Assembly (NCBI GenBank): GCA_002269645.1
Contig: NIVC01002522.1
Location: forward strand, 101,109-165,108
DNA from: Macrostomum lignano
Lineage: Eukaryota
Direction of reading: 5' to 3'
DNA length: 64,000 nucleotides
A program made the translations under genes and the position numbers. Below, one piece after another: positions 11,155 to 23,939 of the stretch. The notes below the pieces were generated by a model. It did no database searches and was not told the origin of the DNA. It worked only from the letters and a program-made list of their open reading frames with translations. Numbering within the stretch: position 1 is the stretch's first letter; each line of letters starts with the position of its first letter.

Positions 11155-12438
11155 GAAGCTTCGAAGTGTTCACATAAACAGCCGAGTTTGTCTGCTGGAA
11201 CTTTCTTTGGAAGCTACGCTCGTTTTCTATAATACTTGTTGGAATTTACTCGTAAGGCCGGCTATTCGCAAATTTACTTCTTCTTATTGGTTGTACCTAA
11301 AAAGTAATTTTATTTGAGATGTTGACTCTTTTTTGCTGTCGAGATTCAACCTTTAGATTTCACAATCTAACGTAGATGAACTATTAGTGAACCAGTCATA
11401 AAAGTATAATACCTATCCATATAAGCGCATATAATAATTATGATGCTGTGCCATTACCGATGCACTACTCTACTTAATGTCGCACTGCTTCTTCTAAAGC
11501 CACATGTGCTTTTGCTTGGACACGTCTACCTCGTAAATTTACCTGAAAGTACGCGGTCGCTTGTCCCATTAGTAGTACAACTATAATCCGCTAAACTTTG
11601 CGCCTGCAGCTACTCCGCTGATAATTTAACTATATAGTTTTTAGAGCCGGAGTCTCAGCCTCCCCGCCCACTTCACTTCATCAGTCTAACTCGCATATGC
11701 TCGTCTTATTACATCGGAGGCTTTGACCTAAATAATTGATGAGCTCAGTTAAACTTTTCAGCTGCTCTCCGCAGGCAGTCGCTACCGCTTGTCAATCTTG
11801 CCTGGCTTTTCCTTATTGGTGCTTGATTTCCTATAGCTGGGAAGCGCATCGAGCTTGGCTAAAACTGATGATAGCTAACCAAAGTACATCGTAGCTTAAT
11901 GGCTTCTTCACGACTTGTCGATCGCGAGACCCAAGGGTTACAAGAATAGCAGCAGAGCTGCCAATTGCTTCGCGGAGTATTGATCGATTAACTGTGCAAG
12001 CGAGCTGGAGCCGCTGAGTTAGCGGCTCACCATAAAAAAAGGGTTTGAAGTTTGAACGGGAAATTGCGATTGACGCGAGGCAGAATATTGAGGGTAAGTC
12101 GACTTGCAAGCCAATTAACAAAACTGACTTTAGACCTGTTGGGAAAAGTGGTAATGGGGCCAATTAACTTTCTCCAGTTTAAGATTAAGGCGTACAAGGA
12201 CTTGCTACAGTTTCTTGCAGCCTGGAATCAAGTCGACAAAGAGCCCCAGATTATTTAACGAGACTCTTCAGTTTATTTTATACCAGACATGGGGAGAATG
12301 AAGTGAGCAGTGCCGTAAAGTGTATAAGCCACAGATACAAGAATAACAAAATACGAGCTATGTCACTTACAAAATGCAAAATCGCGTTTCTGTCCTTATA
12401 GGAGCTATTGACCTTGTGTCTGACTTCGATCCTCTCTC

Positions 12439-12645
12439 CTTACTGCTGCTCTCTCATTGGCTGACCTACGAGGTACATTGGGCCTGCCCCCCCCCCAGGC
12501 TGAGTTTCGTCCGTCTGACTTTGCCCTCTACCCTTACTGCTCTCTCATTGGCTGACCAACATTGGGCCTGCCCCCCTAGGCTGAGTTTCGTCCGTCTGAT
12601 TTTGCCCTCTATCCTTACTGCTCTCTCATTGGCTGACCTAAATTG
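12439..12645. repeat. Local tandem duplication of 81-91 bp, about 2.3 copies
   Basis: CTCTCATTGGCTGACC recurs at about 12451, 12542 and 12623 with shared CTGAGTTTCGTCCGTCTGA. Confidence 0.85.
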
Positions 12646-13803
12646 GGTCTGGTTTTGTCTGTCTTGCATATACGAGTATACTCGTACTTCAGTATTTGTG
12701 TACATCGAGTTGTTCTCGATGCTTATTGTTCATTCCTAAACCCATATGCTCCCGAGGCCGCAAACCCGGAAGGAAAGGAATTTTTTTAGCTGTCACATTA
12801 AATTTAAGTGACACTGCACAGCGAAACTACAAGTAGACGCTACACTTTTTAGACAACTTTGAAAGACATATCTAGTTATTCTACCACGAAGTAGTATCTG
12901 TGAGTACACAGATCTGTCTGTATAACAATTAAGGGTAATTCTAAAGCTGAGAAATTTCCTACATGCGGTATTGGAAAGCAGACAAAAGTTGCATTTTTGT
13001 GTGCGACCTAACATTGTGATGCGGGAATGTGATCCTAAATTTACAACTTAAAGTAAAACATTTTGAAAGGGCAAGGGCCAATTAATCACATTGGAGGATT
13101 GTGGGTAGACATAACCATGGACACTCCAGCCATTCGACCACAGCTAGGTTAAAAGCAAAAAACTCAGACAAGAAGGCATGATTAAAATGTATTTTACTAC
13201 ACTCGGGCAGTGAAATCTGAGTGAAACTTTACGAGTGCAAATTTAACGACCTTCACAACCGGGGTCGTTGTGATGCACATTTATTGTTGCATAATTCTAG
13301 TATGAATATACATACCTGTGCTAATAATAAATAATAGTACGTATAAAATATGCACAGTACACATTAGTCAATATAACTGTCTGTATTCGGTACTAGAAGC
13401 TAAGCGTCAGTGTCAGTAGTAATTATTGAAATTTGCTAAAGCTTTTTCAAAAAGACAAATGGTTAAATTGTATTTTCGATGCAAAGGCCTACAATGGATT
13501 CAGAGTGGGTGGTTAGCACCAGCTAAAATTGAAAAAAATCGACAAACAGGTCAATGCATTCTAACAAGAAAATGTAATTTCTAAATGTTGGTAAGCAGTG
13601 AGCTGGAAGCTTGCAAAAATACAGTAAATTAGCTTGAAAACATGTAAAAACGGTATAAATTTTTGCAGAGAAGGCACTTCAACAAAATTTTCTAAACTTT
13701 CTAACAAGTATTTATCTGATACGTTGTCAGCTTCTTAGCCATATGAGTGACAACAATTATCAAATAATTTTCTTTTATCACAGAAAAACAGGACGTGTGT
13801 GTC

Positions 13804-14073
13804 TGAGATAGCTGAATCTCACCTATGAGATAGCTGAATCTCACCTATGAGATAGCTGAATCTCAAATATGGGACAGCTTAATCTCACCTATGAGATAGC
13901 TGAATCTCACCTATGAGATAGCTGAATCTCACCTATGAGATAGCTGAATCTCAAATATGGGATAGCTGAATCTCACTTATGAGATAGCTGAATCTCACCT
14001 ATGAGATAGCTGAATCTCAAATATGGGATAGCTGAATCTCACTTATGAGATAGCTGAATCTCACCTATGAGAT
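13804..14073. repeat. 22-bp minisatellite with internal hairpin, about 12 copies
   Basis: Unit GAGATAGCTGAATCTCACCTAT; TGAGAT and ATCTCA are inverted within each unit. Confidence 0.95.
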
Positions 14074-14529
14074 ACATTAAAATCTAGATTTTTATACTCA
14101 GTTTGAAGTAAAAAATAAAACAACAACAGGGATATGTGAGCCAGATAAAAAGATGCATATGTACATAATTAATTGAATATTGATTACTAACTTAAAAATT
14201 ACTCTGATTTCCTAAAACCGTATCAGTGTAAAATTAGCAAAACTAATTTGCTAGATACTCCTTTAATGAAAATAGATCCGAAACACCAAAAAATTCTTTA
14301 CACTGCTGTTCGAACGGCAAAAAAAACTTTGCGGGGAAACAAAAAGAGAAGGCACAAATAGAGCAATTGATACTACTTGTTTAGTAGCAACATGCAAAAG
14401 TTCACAGCTATAAGGACACAAATACAGACAGCAGATGGCACAGCACAGGACTAACAAAAGCAAAAGTCAAAATAAAAGAAGTTAGAAATGATAAGAAACA
14501 GCACAGGCCCGCTGCAATGGTAGCACTGA

Positions 14530-15311
14530 CTATAAAGCTTGCAGCCTCCGCAGCAATTCATCTATGAAGCGGCGCACCTGCGACTGGGGCGCCTTGGCCA
14601 ACTGCAGTTTTTCCTGGAAACGAGGAAGACATTAAAAAAATGCAAAGTAACAATTCGCAGTTTTAAAACAAGCGCAAATTTTTCTACTTTGCAAACGCGT
14701 TTAATCTACTAACAGTAGCTGATAAGTATATTTTATCTAAGCAAGCGACCTACACGAAGACACGCGTCCCGTTCCTGGTCTGTGTCAAGGTCGAGCAGCT
14801 CGTCCAAATCGATGTCGCAGTCGTGATCATCTTCATCGTTCTGCGGGGAAACATCAACCACTGTAGTTCATTACTTATTACTTTAATTAGTTAACACTAT
14901 GGGTTGAGACCTTGTCGAGATTAGAGTAAAAACAATACATCAGAAGATCTAGAACTTTGCAAGTCCCAAGGCACAATAATTCACATCAGCAACAATGCCC
15001 ACAGCTAGAAGTTAAATTAAATTATTATGGCAGTACCAATCACATAGTATTGCTAGAAAATATCTCTGCTAAATTAACAACCGTATGCCAAAACACAGTA
15101 TGAGGATTATGAGCTTATTAAGACAAATAGTTATAAAATTAACTCTACTTACCTGACAATTGAATAAAACCCGCAACTCATCATATACAAAGTCTTCAAC
15201 TGCTAATCGTTGCTTTATAAGTGACATTGTCTGCTTGTCATATTTGGCAGTCAGAAATTTTGACTTTTTGTCTTGATAGGCATTCGATTTCTTGAAATTC
15301 ACCGATGACAT
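14530..15311 (-). CDS. PPP1R14: CPI-17/PPP1R14-family PKC-activated protein phosphatase 1 inhibitor, 3 exons, 109 aa
   Basis: Exons 15311-15153, 14840-14754, 14613-14530, all GT-AG phase 0. Protein ...KFLTAKYDKQTMSLIKQRLAVEDFVYDELRVLFNCQ|NDEDDHDCDIDLDELLDLDTDQERDACLR|EKLQLAKAPQSQVRRFIDELLRRLQAL matches the family motifs T-x-KY, RL-x-E, IDxDELLD and FIxxLL. Confidence 0.9.
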
Positions 15312-16813
15312 TCTTCAGCTTGATGCTAAAGTGCATGCATTAAATGAAATAAATTGACAATAAATATATGCTCAAAGTGGCTTTAATTATGCCTTTAATT
15401 TTCACATTTAAAGAAGGAAAACATAGTCATATGGACAAAAAATCTAACAAGTCAAAATATAAATTTATGAGTGGCATTTTCAAATTGAAAAATTAGAGTT
15501 CCACTGTAGCTACAGATATAGCTATAGAATTATGGATATGGAGGTATTTAAACAGAATATACAGACATATATATGGTTATAAGAACACATATTTTCTATA
15601 TCTAGGCTACTCAATAACTTGGAAGACTTGAGACTTGAAATACCAAGGAACCATTGATTTGATGGCTATGGGTAGAGCAATAGAATTTTCTTAGAAATGA
15701 ATGACTGCTACCAATTTCAAAGCTTTTGTGAAACAAGCTTTTTAAGTCTCTAGGGTTGGTAACTCAAGCAATAGAGATTTTTTATGCCATATGCATGTTG
15801 AAGTTGGGATAGTGGGGGCTTAAGTTCAGATTAATTTTCTACTTCAAATGGTACAGGAGCTCTTAAGTCCTTGGGATTGATCTGCATAGTCAAGCAGCAG
15901 AGTTTTTGATGCCACTGACAAAGAGAGGAGAGAAGGAGAGAGGTGAAAGATAAGAAGGAGAGAAAAGAGGGGAAAGCAGAGAGAAAAGGAGAAAGGAAAA
16001 AGAAAAAGAATAAAGAGAAAAGAGAAAAGCAAAGGAGAGGAAAAAAATAAGTTCCACCATATAGCTATGGATATAGATATAAGGAGTTTTGGACACATTG
16101 ATTTTGGCCTCCAAGTTACAGATATGGATATGCTTATAAGAACAGGAATTTCCCTGATTTTTCCCATATTCTATAGAACCTAATTTTTAGGTTCTATAGA
16201 ACTATTGGTGCATATAAAGATCTTTATTGTTTCCAATTACATGTTACAGTAAGGGGAATCAGAGTTTAACAAATGTTGACAAGCTATTGATACTTGGACA
16301 CTCTGAAAGATAGTCTCTTAGTATAAGAAACTAAAAGATCTCTAATAATCTTGCATAGCACAATAGTAAATGCAACAACTTATCTGCAAGTAAATAGAAA
16401 TAGTTTTGGGCCAAGTTGCAGAGTGCCCTACAGGATTTTTTGCAATTATAGATATAGATATAGACATAGATAAGGCTACAGGAACTTTTTTATATAGATT
16501 TGGATACAGATATAGGAAATTTTTAGATGTGGCAGAAATCTAAAAAGAAAAAAAGAGATGAGAAAAAAAGAAAAAATGCAATTTAGTTATTATTTAATAG
16601 GCATTGAGTGACCAGAAGTCTGAATGCCCTATCTATTTCTCCACAAGTGTTGCTAGTTAATTGCAATTTGAAACTATAGCAAGAAAATTGTAGGAGGTAA
16701 AATAAAATAACTAGCTATGGATATATAGATAATATATTAAGATGATAAATAGCTAAAAAATAAGACAACCTAGGGCCTAGACTAAGTAGGTATGATTGTA
16801 TAAGGCATATTAT

Positions 16814-17213
16814 TAGAGGTTGGATAGGATCCTGGTCCCAAAATCCTGGGATCCCGAGGAAAATTGTATTCCTGCAGGACGAGGATCCTGACCTTAAAAA
16901 ACATAAGAATTGGGAACAGGTCTTTTGATCAAAAGTTTATAGAATTAGTGATTACTTAAATATATTTTGTTTTAACTTGTATTCATTAATTATTACTTTG
17001 TTTGTTGCAAGACTTTGCATCAATTTTGTTGTGTTTTGATCTTGATCTTTTGATCTTGACATTTTTTGCTAAATTTTGTTTAACTTTATATGGACCTACA
17101 AACTACAATACACTAAAAGACCTGATCCCAATTCCCAATCTTGATCCTGATCCCAAGAAAAAAATATTCCCAATCCCAATCCTGCCGAAGATGTTAATCC
17201 CATCCGACCTCTA
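16814..17213. mobile_element. Non-autonomous hAT-type element (MITE)
   Basis: TIR TAGAGGTTGGATAGGAT / ATCCCATCCGACCTCTA (2 mismatches); 8-bp TSD CATATTAT at 16806-16813 and 17214-17221; GATCC subterminal repeats. Confidence 0.88.
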
Positions 17214-17381
17214 CATATTATCTATATTAACTTTTATATTAGAAATATTCTTTAACTCCCAATTATAACTAAGGCAAATAGTAAAATTTTAAAGCTTTTA
17301 AAATATTCTAGACAAGATATAAATATTCCTCCAAAAATCTATTTCTTGCTTTCTGTCTTATTAACTTGATTTTATTAAAAA

Positions 17382-18093
17382 GGAAGTGTTTATCCTCACA
17401 GTCCTATGCCAATAATTCCAATTTTATTGACATGGATCCATGTCGATAATTTCCAGCTTATCCCCACAACAGCTTATTGAAATAGCCACTATTCAAGTCT
17501 ATAGGATATGTCAATAATTTGTATTTTATCCACATGGATCCATGTTGATAATTTCCAGCTTATCCCTAGGGCAGCTTATTGAAATAGAGAATCTTAAAAT
17601 GAATCTGTTCAAAAACCGTCTATTTCTTTCACTGTTTTACAAATCTTCCATATAAACTACTGAATACTAAATAGTATCTAGTACTTTGTTAAAACTTTTT
17701 CATCCTTAAAAGGGTTAATTTAATATTTGCTTAGCTGCTGGCTTCACTTAGAATGACCGAACAACCCTAATATTGAGGCAAATAAGACTAGCAAAATTCA
17801 AAGTGTAATATATTTGAATTTGAATAATAATAATAATAATAATAATATCAATTTAACATCAGTACACAAAACTAAACACAAACAACTGCACAATCTTAGC
17901 CATGGGGATAAGCTGAAAATTATTGACACGGATCCATATGAATAAAATTGGAATTATTGACATAGCCTATAGACTTAAATGTTAGCAGCTATTTCAATAA
18001 GCTGCCATGGGGATAAGCTGGAAATTATTTGACACAGATCCATGTAGATAAAATTGGAATTATCGGCATGGGACCATGAGGATAAGCACTTCC
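17382..18093. mobile_element. Non-autonomous long-TIR element (Merlin-like), copy 1
   Basis: About 210-bp TIRs with GGAAGTG...CACTTCC termini, each made of an internal ~110-bp tandem; 8-bp TSD TATTAAAA at 17374-17381 and 18094-18101. Confidence 0.75.
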
Positions 18094-18411
18094 TATTAAA
18101 AATGCATTGTCACTATTTTAAACCTGAAAAGTTTAAAGCATTAAAAAGAACAACAGTTACAAAAATTACAAATACAATGATGGTCTGCTAAATTAAATTA
18201 GTGATTGTATTAAATTTGCTAACACTTGGGTATATTATGCATTTGTTACTAGCACAGGATTTGTTCAAGTTTAGGTTGATAAATTATTTGCAGTTTTGAT
18301 AGAATCCTAAATTCGTCTTAAATTATGTAATTAGGAGGCTTAATAAGAGGCTTAAAGCATTTCTAAAAAGTAACCTTCACGACACTACCAAAATAATAGT
18401 CTAGATATATC

Positions 18412-18603
18412 CAGGGGCGTAGCCAGGAATTTCCTACAGGGGGGATACACCAAGGTGAATTTTCTACGGGGGGGATACACTAAGGTAAAAGTGCTATGAA
18501 AGAGTCACATGGTAGCATATAGCAACAAGGGCAACAAAAAGTTTTGGTCAGGCTCTTCGGGGGGATACATCCCCCCCCCTATCCCCCCTCCCCTACGCCC
18601 CTG
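18412..18603. mobile_element. hAT-type MITE, 192 bp
   Basis: TIR CAGGGGCGTAG / CTACGCCCCTG; 8-bp TSD GATATATC at 18404-18411 and 18604-18611. Confidence 0.92.
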
Positions 18604-19086
18604 GATATATCAATTTTACTCGAGTTTATGCATTACCCAGTACCCTGGCAGTATTCAAAATTCAAAGTTGATAAGCTTTGATCATGTCGTTGATAAAGAG
18701 ATAGGCCTAGTTGTTTGTTGCACTGCGTACGTACGTCAGGAGTCCATGATCATGTCATAATAAATTAATAAAATATATATTTTTATGCAGTAAATTTAAA
18801 GGGTGCGTTCGAGTAGCTTAAATGGCTTAAAATAACTTATTATATGAGCATTAATTAGCTTACAGCAATATAGCTTTAAAAAGCTGAAAAAAAACTGAAT
18901 TTAAATCTCGCAGAGCAAACTTAAGGATCTGTTAAAAAAATGTTTACATAAAGGCAATAATAATTGACTTAGTACTTTTTTAATCCTAGAAAGAGCTTTT
19001 TAGTAAAATTATTATATTTTTTTTTCTTAGCAAAGAATATTTTGTTTTACTTTCTTAAACACAAAGTTCACCGTTTTTTAAACCGG

Positions 19087-19350
19087 GGCCTTTTCATATT
19101 GCTTGTTCTGGTTCCAGAACCAGAACCAATTTGTGAAGTATAACTTTTTGTCTCCATAACTAGATGGAGATACGTGCTATAAAGTTTTTATTATTGAATG
19201 ACAATCGCCAAGATCGAAGAAAGTGAAAAATTGTGCAAAGTGGGGCTGTTAAGGCAATCAAACATTCAACAGAATTAAATAGTTATACTGCTGTTTTTCT
19301 TGGAAGATCCGAACCGATTCTGATTCTGGAATCGGTAATATGAAAGCCTC
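19087..19350. mobile_element. PIF/Harbinger-like MITE, copy with degenerate right end
   Basis: Reverse-orientation copy of 19987-20247; starts GGGCCTTTTCATATT and ends AATATGAAAGCCTC. Confidence 0.8.
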
Positions 19351-19728
19351 CCTGTTAAAAGGTTTTTTAAACTTGAAGTTCTTTTATTAATTATTTAAAG
19401 GCCGACTACTTATTGTTATTTATAATGTTTAACTTTAAGCCTCCATTGCATTGGATATGGCCTAGATTATGAATATCAAAGCTCCTTTCGTCCGTACATA
19501 CATCGTGGTTGTCTACATCTGTAGTCTGTTCTGTAGTATGTAGCTAGGCCTATAGCTTTAGCCAGTTAGCCTTTAGGTAGCAGGTAGGTACAGTCATAGG
19601 AGTAGGGCCTATTACTATTAGTAGGGGCCTACAATAGCTGTTGCATTTAGCTTTAAGGTCTTATTTATTAAATATTATTGTTATTCCATGGTATAGTGTA
19701 GACCTAGTACATGATATTATGGCATGTG

Positions 19729-20639
19729 TAGGGATTCCAAAATCCCGACATTTTACAATCCTGGGATTGAATAGTCCCGAAATCCCGATGCTGTTGAAAT
19801 CCCGGGATTCAAAATCCCGGAATCCCGGTGCTTTTGCAATCCCGGGATTAAAAATCCCGGGATTCGATTCCCAAAAAAATCCCGGGATTCAAATCCCGGA
19901 TTTTTGGCCCCAATCCCTAAATTGCTAGACGGACTGTGCGGCGTGCCGCGTGCAGTAGTCATGGTCTCGCGACTCTCAGAGTCTCAGGGCCTTTTCATAT
20001 TACCAATTCCAGAACCAGAATCGGTTCAGAATTCGAAGAAAAACAGCAGTATAACTATTAAACTCTGTTAATATTTGACTGCCTTAACAGCCTCACTTAG
20101 CACAATTTTTCACTTTCTTCTTGGCGACTGTCATTCAATAATAAAAACTTTATAGCACGTATCTCCCTCTAGTTATTGAGACAAAAAGTTTATACTTCAC
20201 AAATTGGTTCTTGTTCTGGAACCAGAGCAAGCAATATGAAAAGGCCCTCAGTCTCGTCTCGTGGTAGAAAACGAAAAAAAAGTTAAAATTATCTATAATT
20301 TACAGTTCACATTAACAATTTTTAGCTCAATTAGGACAGGAGCTTTGCAAATGTTTAACGTTTCATTGAGAAACAGCAAAAACAAATAAATGTTTTATTA
20401 TTCAAATAAACGTTTAGACTTTAAATTATCTAATTTAGGCATTGAAAGGTCGTTCTAATCCTGGACCAATCCCGGGATTAAGGCCTTGAAATCCCGGGAT
20501 CCCGATCCTGGTCTTTTGCAATCCCGGGATTAAAAATCCCGGGATTCGATTCCCAAAAAAATCCCGGGATTCAAATCCCAGATTTTTGGCCCCAATCCCG
20601 GGATCCCGGGATCCCGGGATCCCGGGATTGGAATCCCTA
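19729..20639. mobile_element. Non-autonomous hAT element with CCCGGGAT subterminal repeats
   Basis: Perfect 12-bp TIR TAGGGATTCCAA / TTGGAATCCCTA (Ac-like TAGGGAT start); 8-bp TSD GGCATGTG at 19721-19728 and 20640-20647. Confidence 0.92.
19987..20247. mobile_element. PIF/Harbinger-like MITE nested in the hAT element
   Basis: TIR GGGCCTTTTCATATT / AATATGAAAAGGCCC; 3-bp TSD TCA on both sides. Confidence 0.85.
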
Positions 20640-22885
20640 GGCATGTGAGGGTTTCACGACAGATATTCAGACAGACATTCAAAACGATCGTCTGTAACTT
20701 TAAACAAAATTGACCCGCTTCAACCATCTTTTTGGTAAATATTTACACAAGTGTTGGACGTCGAATAAGCTTTAATTTATTAACTGAAGTAAAAATCCTT
20801 CTGACATACATTGATTTTAAAATTGCTTAGCAACACTCTGATTAGACATTGCTTTACCATTGACTGAAATTGTTTTGATCGTAGCAGCCTAAAAGCAGAT
20901 ACTGGATTAAAAAATGCTTTGATTTACTCTTTACGCATGTCTCAGCTTTAAAATGACATGTCAGGTGTCGCAAAAGACAGCTTTGATGCTGAGATATTCG
21001 ACACTAAATCTCAACATTTGAAACCGTCCTTGAACTATTTCAGAGTTAAGTGAGCTAATGGTATCAAATGGAAGGCTAGTGCTCGTACTCGTAAGCAAAG
21101 CAGGTTCACAATTGAAATGGTTGTATTCATGGCCATGGGATCTAAACTGATCTGTTTCAATGTCACTTGCTTCGGTCTCAGAAGGAGCAGCAGTTGATGG
21201 ACTGAGGTGAGAAGAAGATGCGTCACGACTTGAGCTATTTTTAGAAAACATCTTTATCCAATTAAATATTTTTATGCGGTTCCTTAGGTTGTTCCGTATT
21301 CCAAGTCTAGAAGTCAAGACAGAAATAAAGTTGAGAACTGCTACAATAGTCTGTAGGGATTGGAAAGCTTAGCAGTACATTAGAAATCGCCTGTTCAATC
21401 TAAAAAGTATGAAGTACATAGCTATTGGGTTGCAACAAGAGTCAAAAAAATTCTTCCTTTTTATTCCCACCGCTTACCTCATTCCAATTTGGATAGCAGA
21501 AGCCAAGCAAAAAAAAGTAAAAACATAACAAATAAACTATTTGCTTCATATTAATTGCCATTGACTGTTAATAAAAGCGACATCAATTTCTCTCAATAAC
21601 AGTTGGAACATGTTTCTTGTATGCTCGTATATATATTTGAACTGCAAAGCGGTAAAAAAGTCATGATTGGTCTCCATATGTACGAATGTACTCTCATTGA
21701 CTCACTGACTTAGGTAGAATCTATGCAAGATAAAGGCAGGAATCTTTAAAAATCAAAAACTGAAGACAGTTTAAGAGAAGTCCAGGTTTAAACTGGACAT
21801 GACTAGAATTTGATGAGATTCTAATGAAAAACAAGGACATGGCAGCTGCACAAATATCGATAAAAATCAGTGAAATTTCTGAATATGAGTTCGCGCAAAG
21901 CAATGTTTAGTGTCGAATATCTCAGCATCAAAGCTGTCTTTTGCGACGCCTGATGTGTCATTTTAAAGCTGAGACATGCGTAAAGAGTAAATCAAAGCAT
22001 TTTTTAATCCAGTATCTGCTTTTAGGCTGCTACGATCAAAACAATTTCAGTCAATGGTAAAGCAATGTCTAATCAGAGTGTTGCTAAGCAATTTTAAAAT
22101 CAATGTATATCAGAAGGTTTTTTACTTTAGTTAATAAATTAAAGCTTATTCGACGCCCAACACTTGCGTAAATATTTGCCAAAAAGATGATTGAAGCGGG
22201 TCAATTTTGTTTAAAGTTACAGACAATCGTTTTGAATGTTTGTCTGAATATCTGTGGTGAAACCCTCACATTATTATGGCAAACATAGTGGCAAATAGCC
22301 TTGCCCTTGGGGAATGACTATCTTAAAAACTTAAAAACATATTTTTAAGTGACTTTGTGTCTTGAATTAACTTAATAATAATAACAAGCCTTAGCCATTA
22401 GGCTTAAGGCCTATAAATATGAAATAAGAGATTTAGCAATAGCATTAAGTACATTTAGATTTAGCTAAAATACAAGCTTGCCTTTCTTTTTTCCCTATTT
22501 CTAAAAAGAAGTGCTTATCCCCATTCCCATAGTCCCGTGCTAACAATTCCAATTTTATCCATATTCCATATGGATCTGTGTCAATAATTTCCAGCTTATC
22601 CCATGGCTAAGCCGCTAAGATTATGCAGATTGTTTGTGTTTAGTTTTGTGTACTGACATTAAATTGATATTGTCATTATTATTTTTAATATTATCATTAG
22701 GCCTATTAATATATATTAAATTTCAAATTTTGCAAGTCTCATTCACCCTAATCTTTGGGTTGTTTGTTCATTCTAAACAAATCCAGCAGCTAAGCAAATA
22801 TAAAAAATTAGGCCCCTAACCCTTTTTAATGTCAAAAGGTTTTTAACAAAGACTGACAAAGTATGCAATATCATTCAGTATTCAA

Positions 22886-23560
22886 CAATGATGAGCATGG
22901 GCACTAGCGCTGCTAAATTTGAATTCTGCTAAAGCATTGCTAACATTTTGTTAGTGCCACTAATTTTGCTAAATTGAAATTCCAATTAGTGCGCTTGGCG
23001 CTTTCAAAGCACCACTAATATTTTTTGAAAATTGCTAATTGTGCTAAAGTCATTTTTTGTTATAAAACTAAATGGTTAGGCCTAATGACTGTTTAATACT
23101 TAAAATGAGACCCTATTTAAGTAATAAGTTAAAGATTACATAAATCTACCTATATTAAATCTAATGTTTCTAATTTTCTTAGAAATGCTAAACAAAATTT
23201 GAATTTCTTTTTTTTGCTTTCATTATCAACAATTGATCTTGTTTTTGTTATTGACTTTTAAAAGTTTTCTTACTACTTTTAATTTCTTAGCAAAGAGTTG
23301 TTGATTAATTTAATTTAATTTAAAAATTTAATCAAAGAATTCAACGTTTAACTCAGTTGATATTCTAAGCAATGATGCGAAGCAACAGGCTATATCAACA
23401 GGGTGATAGTGGGGTTAATAAATCCTATACCACCATTTCAAGCTAATAATCTCGCTATCCTTCTTGAGTATAAGAAGGTATTGCTAATTATTTTCTTCTA
23501 TTAGTTAGTGACAGTGCTAATTAGTGGCGTTCAAAATAATTTTAATGGTGCCCATCACTG
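22886..23560. mobile_element. Older non-autonomous hAT element
   Basis: Right TIR GTGCCCATCACTG; degenerate left end CAATGATGAGCATGGGCAC; TSD GTATTCAA / GTATTCAG (7 of 8 match). Confidence 0.65.
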
Positions 23561-23666
23561 GTATTCAGTACATGTAGTTTATTTGGAAGATTTGTAAAAC
23601 AGTGAAAACAAAAGGATGGTTTTTGAACCAATTCATTTTAATGTTATTTATTCCAATAAGCTGCCA

Positions 23667-23939
23667 CATACATGCGCAACTGCTGGCCGACCTGGCCGAT
23701 CTGGCCACTGTAAATTGTTGTGGACCAGGGGTAAGTTGCAAAAATGCCCAGCCTAAAAAATACAGAGGTAGTACTAATTAAATGACGAGGCATTTAGCCC
23801 TTATAAGACAGTCATAGTTACTCCTGCTGTTTACCCAAAATTGTGTTAGGTTTCTTTTACAGGTAACTTGGTAAGTCGCATTTTTGGTCAAAAAGTAAGT
23901 CGCATGGCCAGTGTAAATCAGGGGGGTTGCGCATGTATG
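23667..23939. mobile_element. hAT-type MITE, 273 bp
   Basis: 14-bp TIR CATACATGCGCAAC / GTTGCGCATGTATG; 8-bp TSD AGCTGCCA at 23659-23666 and 23940-23947. Confidence 0.92.

Larger units (their letters stand above)
19724..22271. mobile_element. Non-autonomous MULE/foldback-like element with about 366-bp TIRs
   Basis: TIRs 20643-21008 and 21906-22271 (ATGTGAGGGTTTCAC...GTGAAACCCTCACAT); 9-bp TSD TATTATGGC at 19715-19723 and 22272-22280; left end interrupted by a hAT insertion. Confidence 0.85.
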
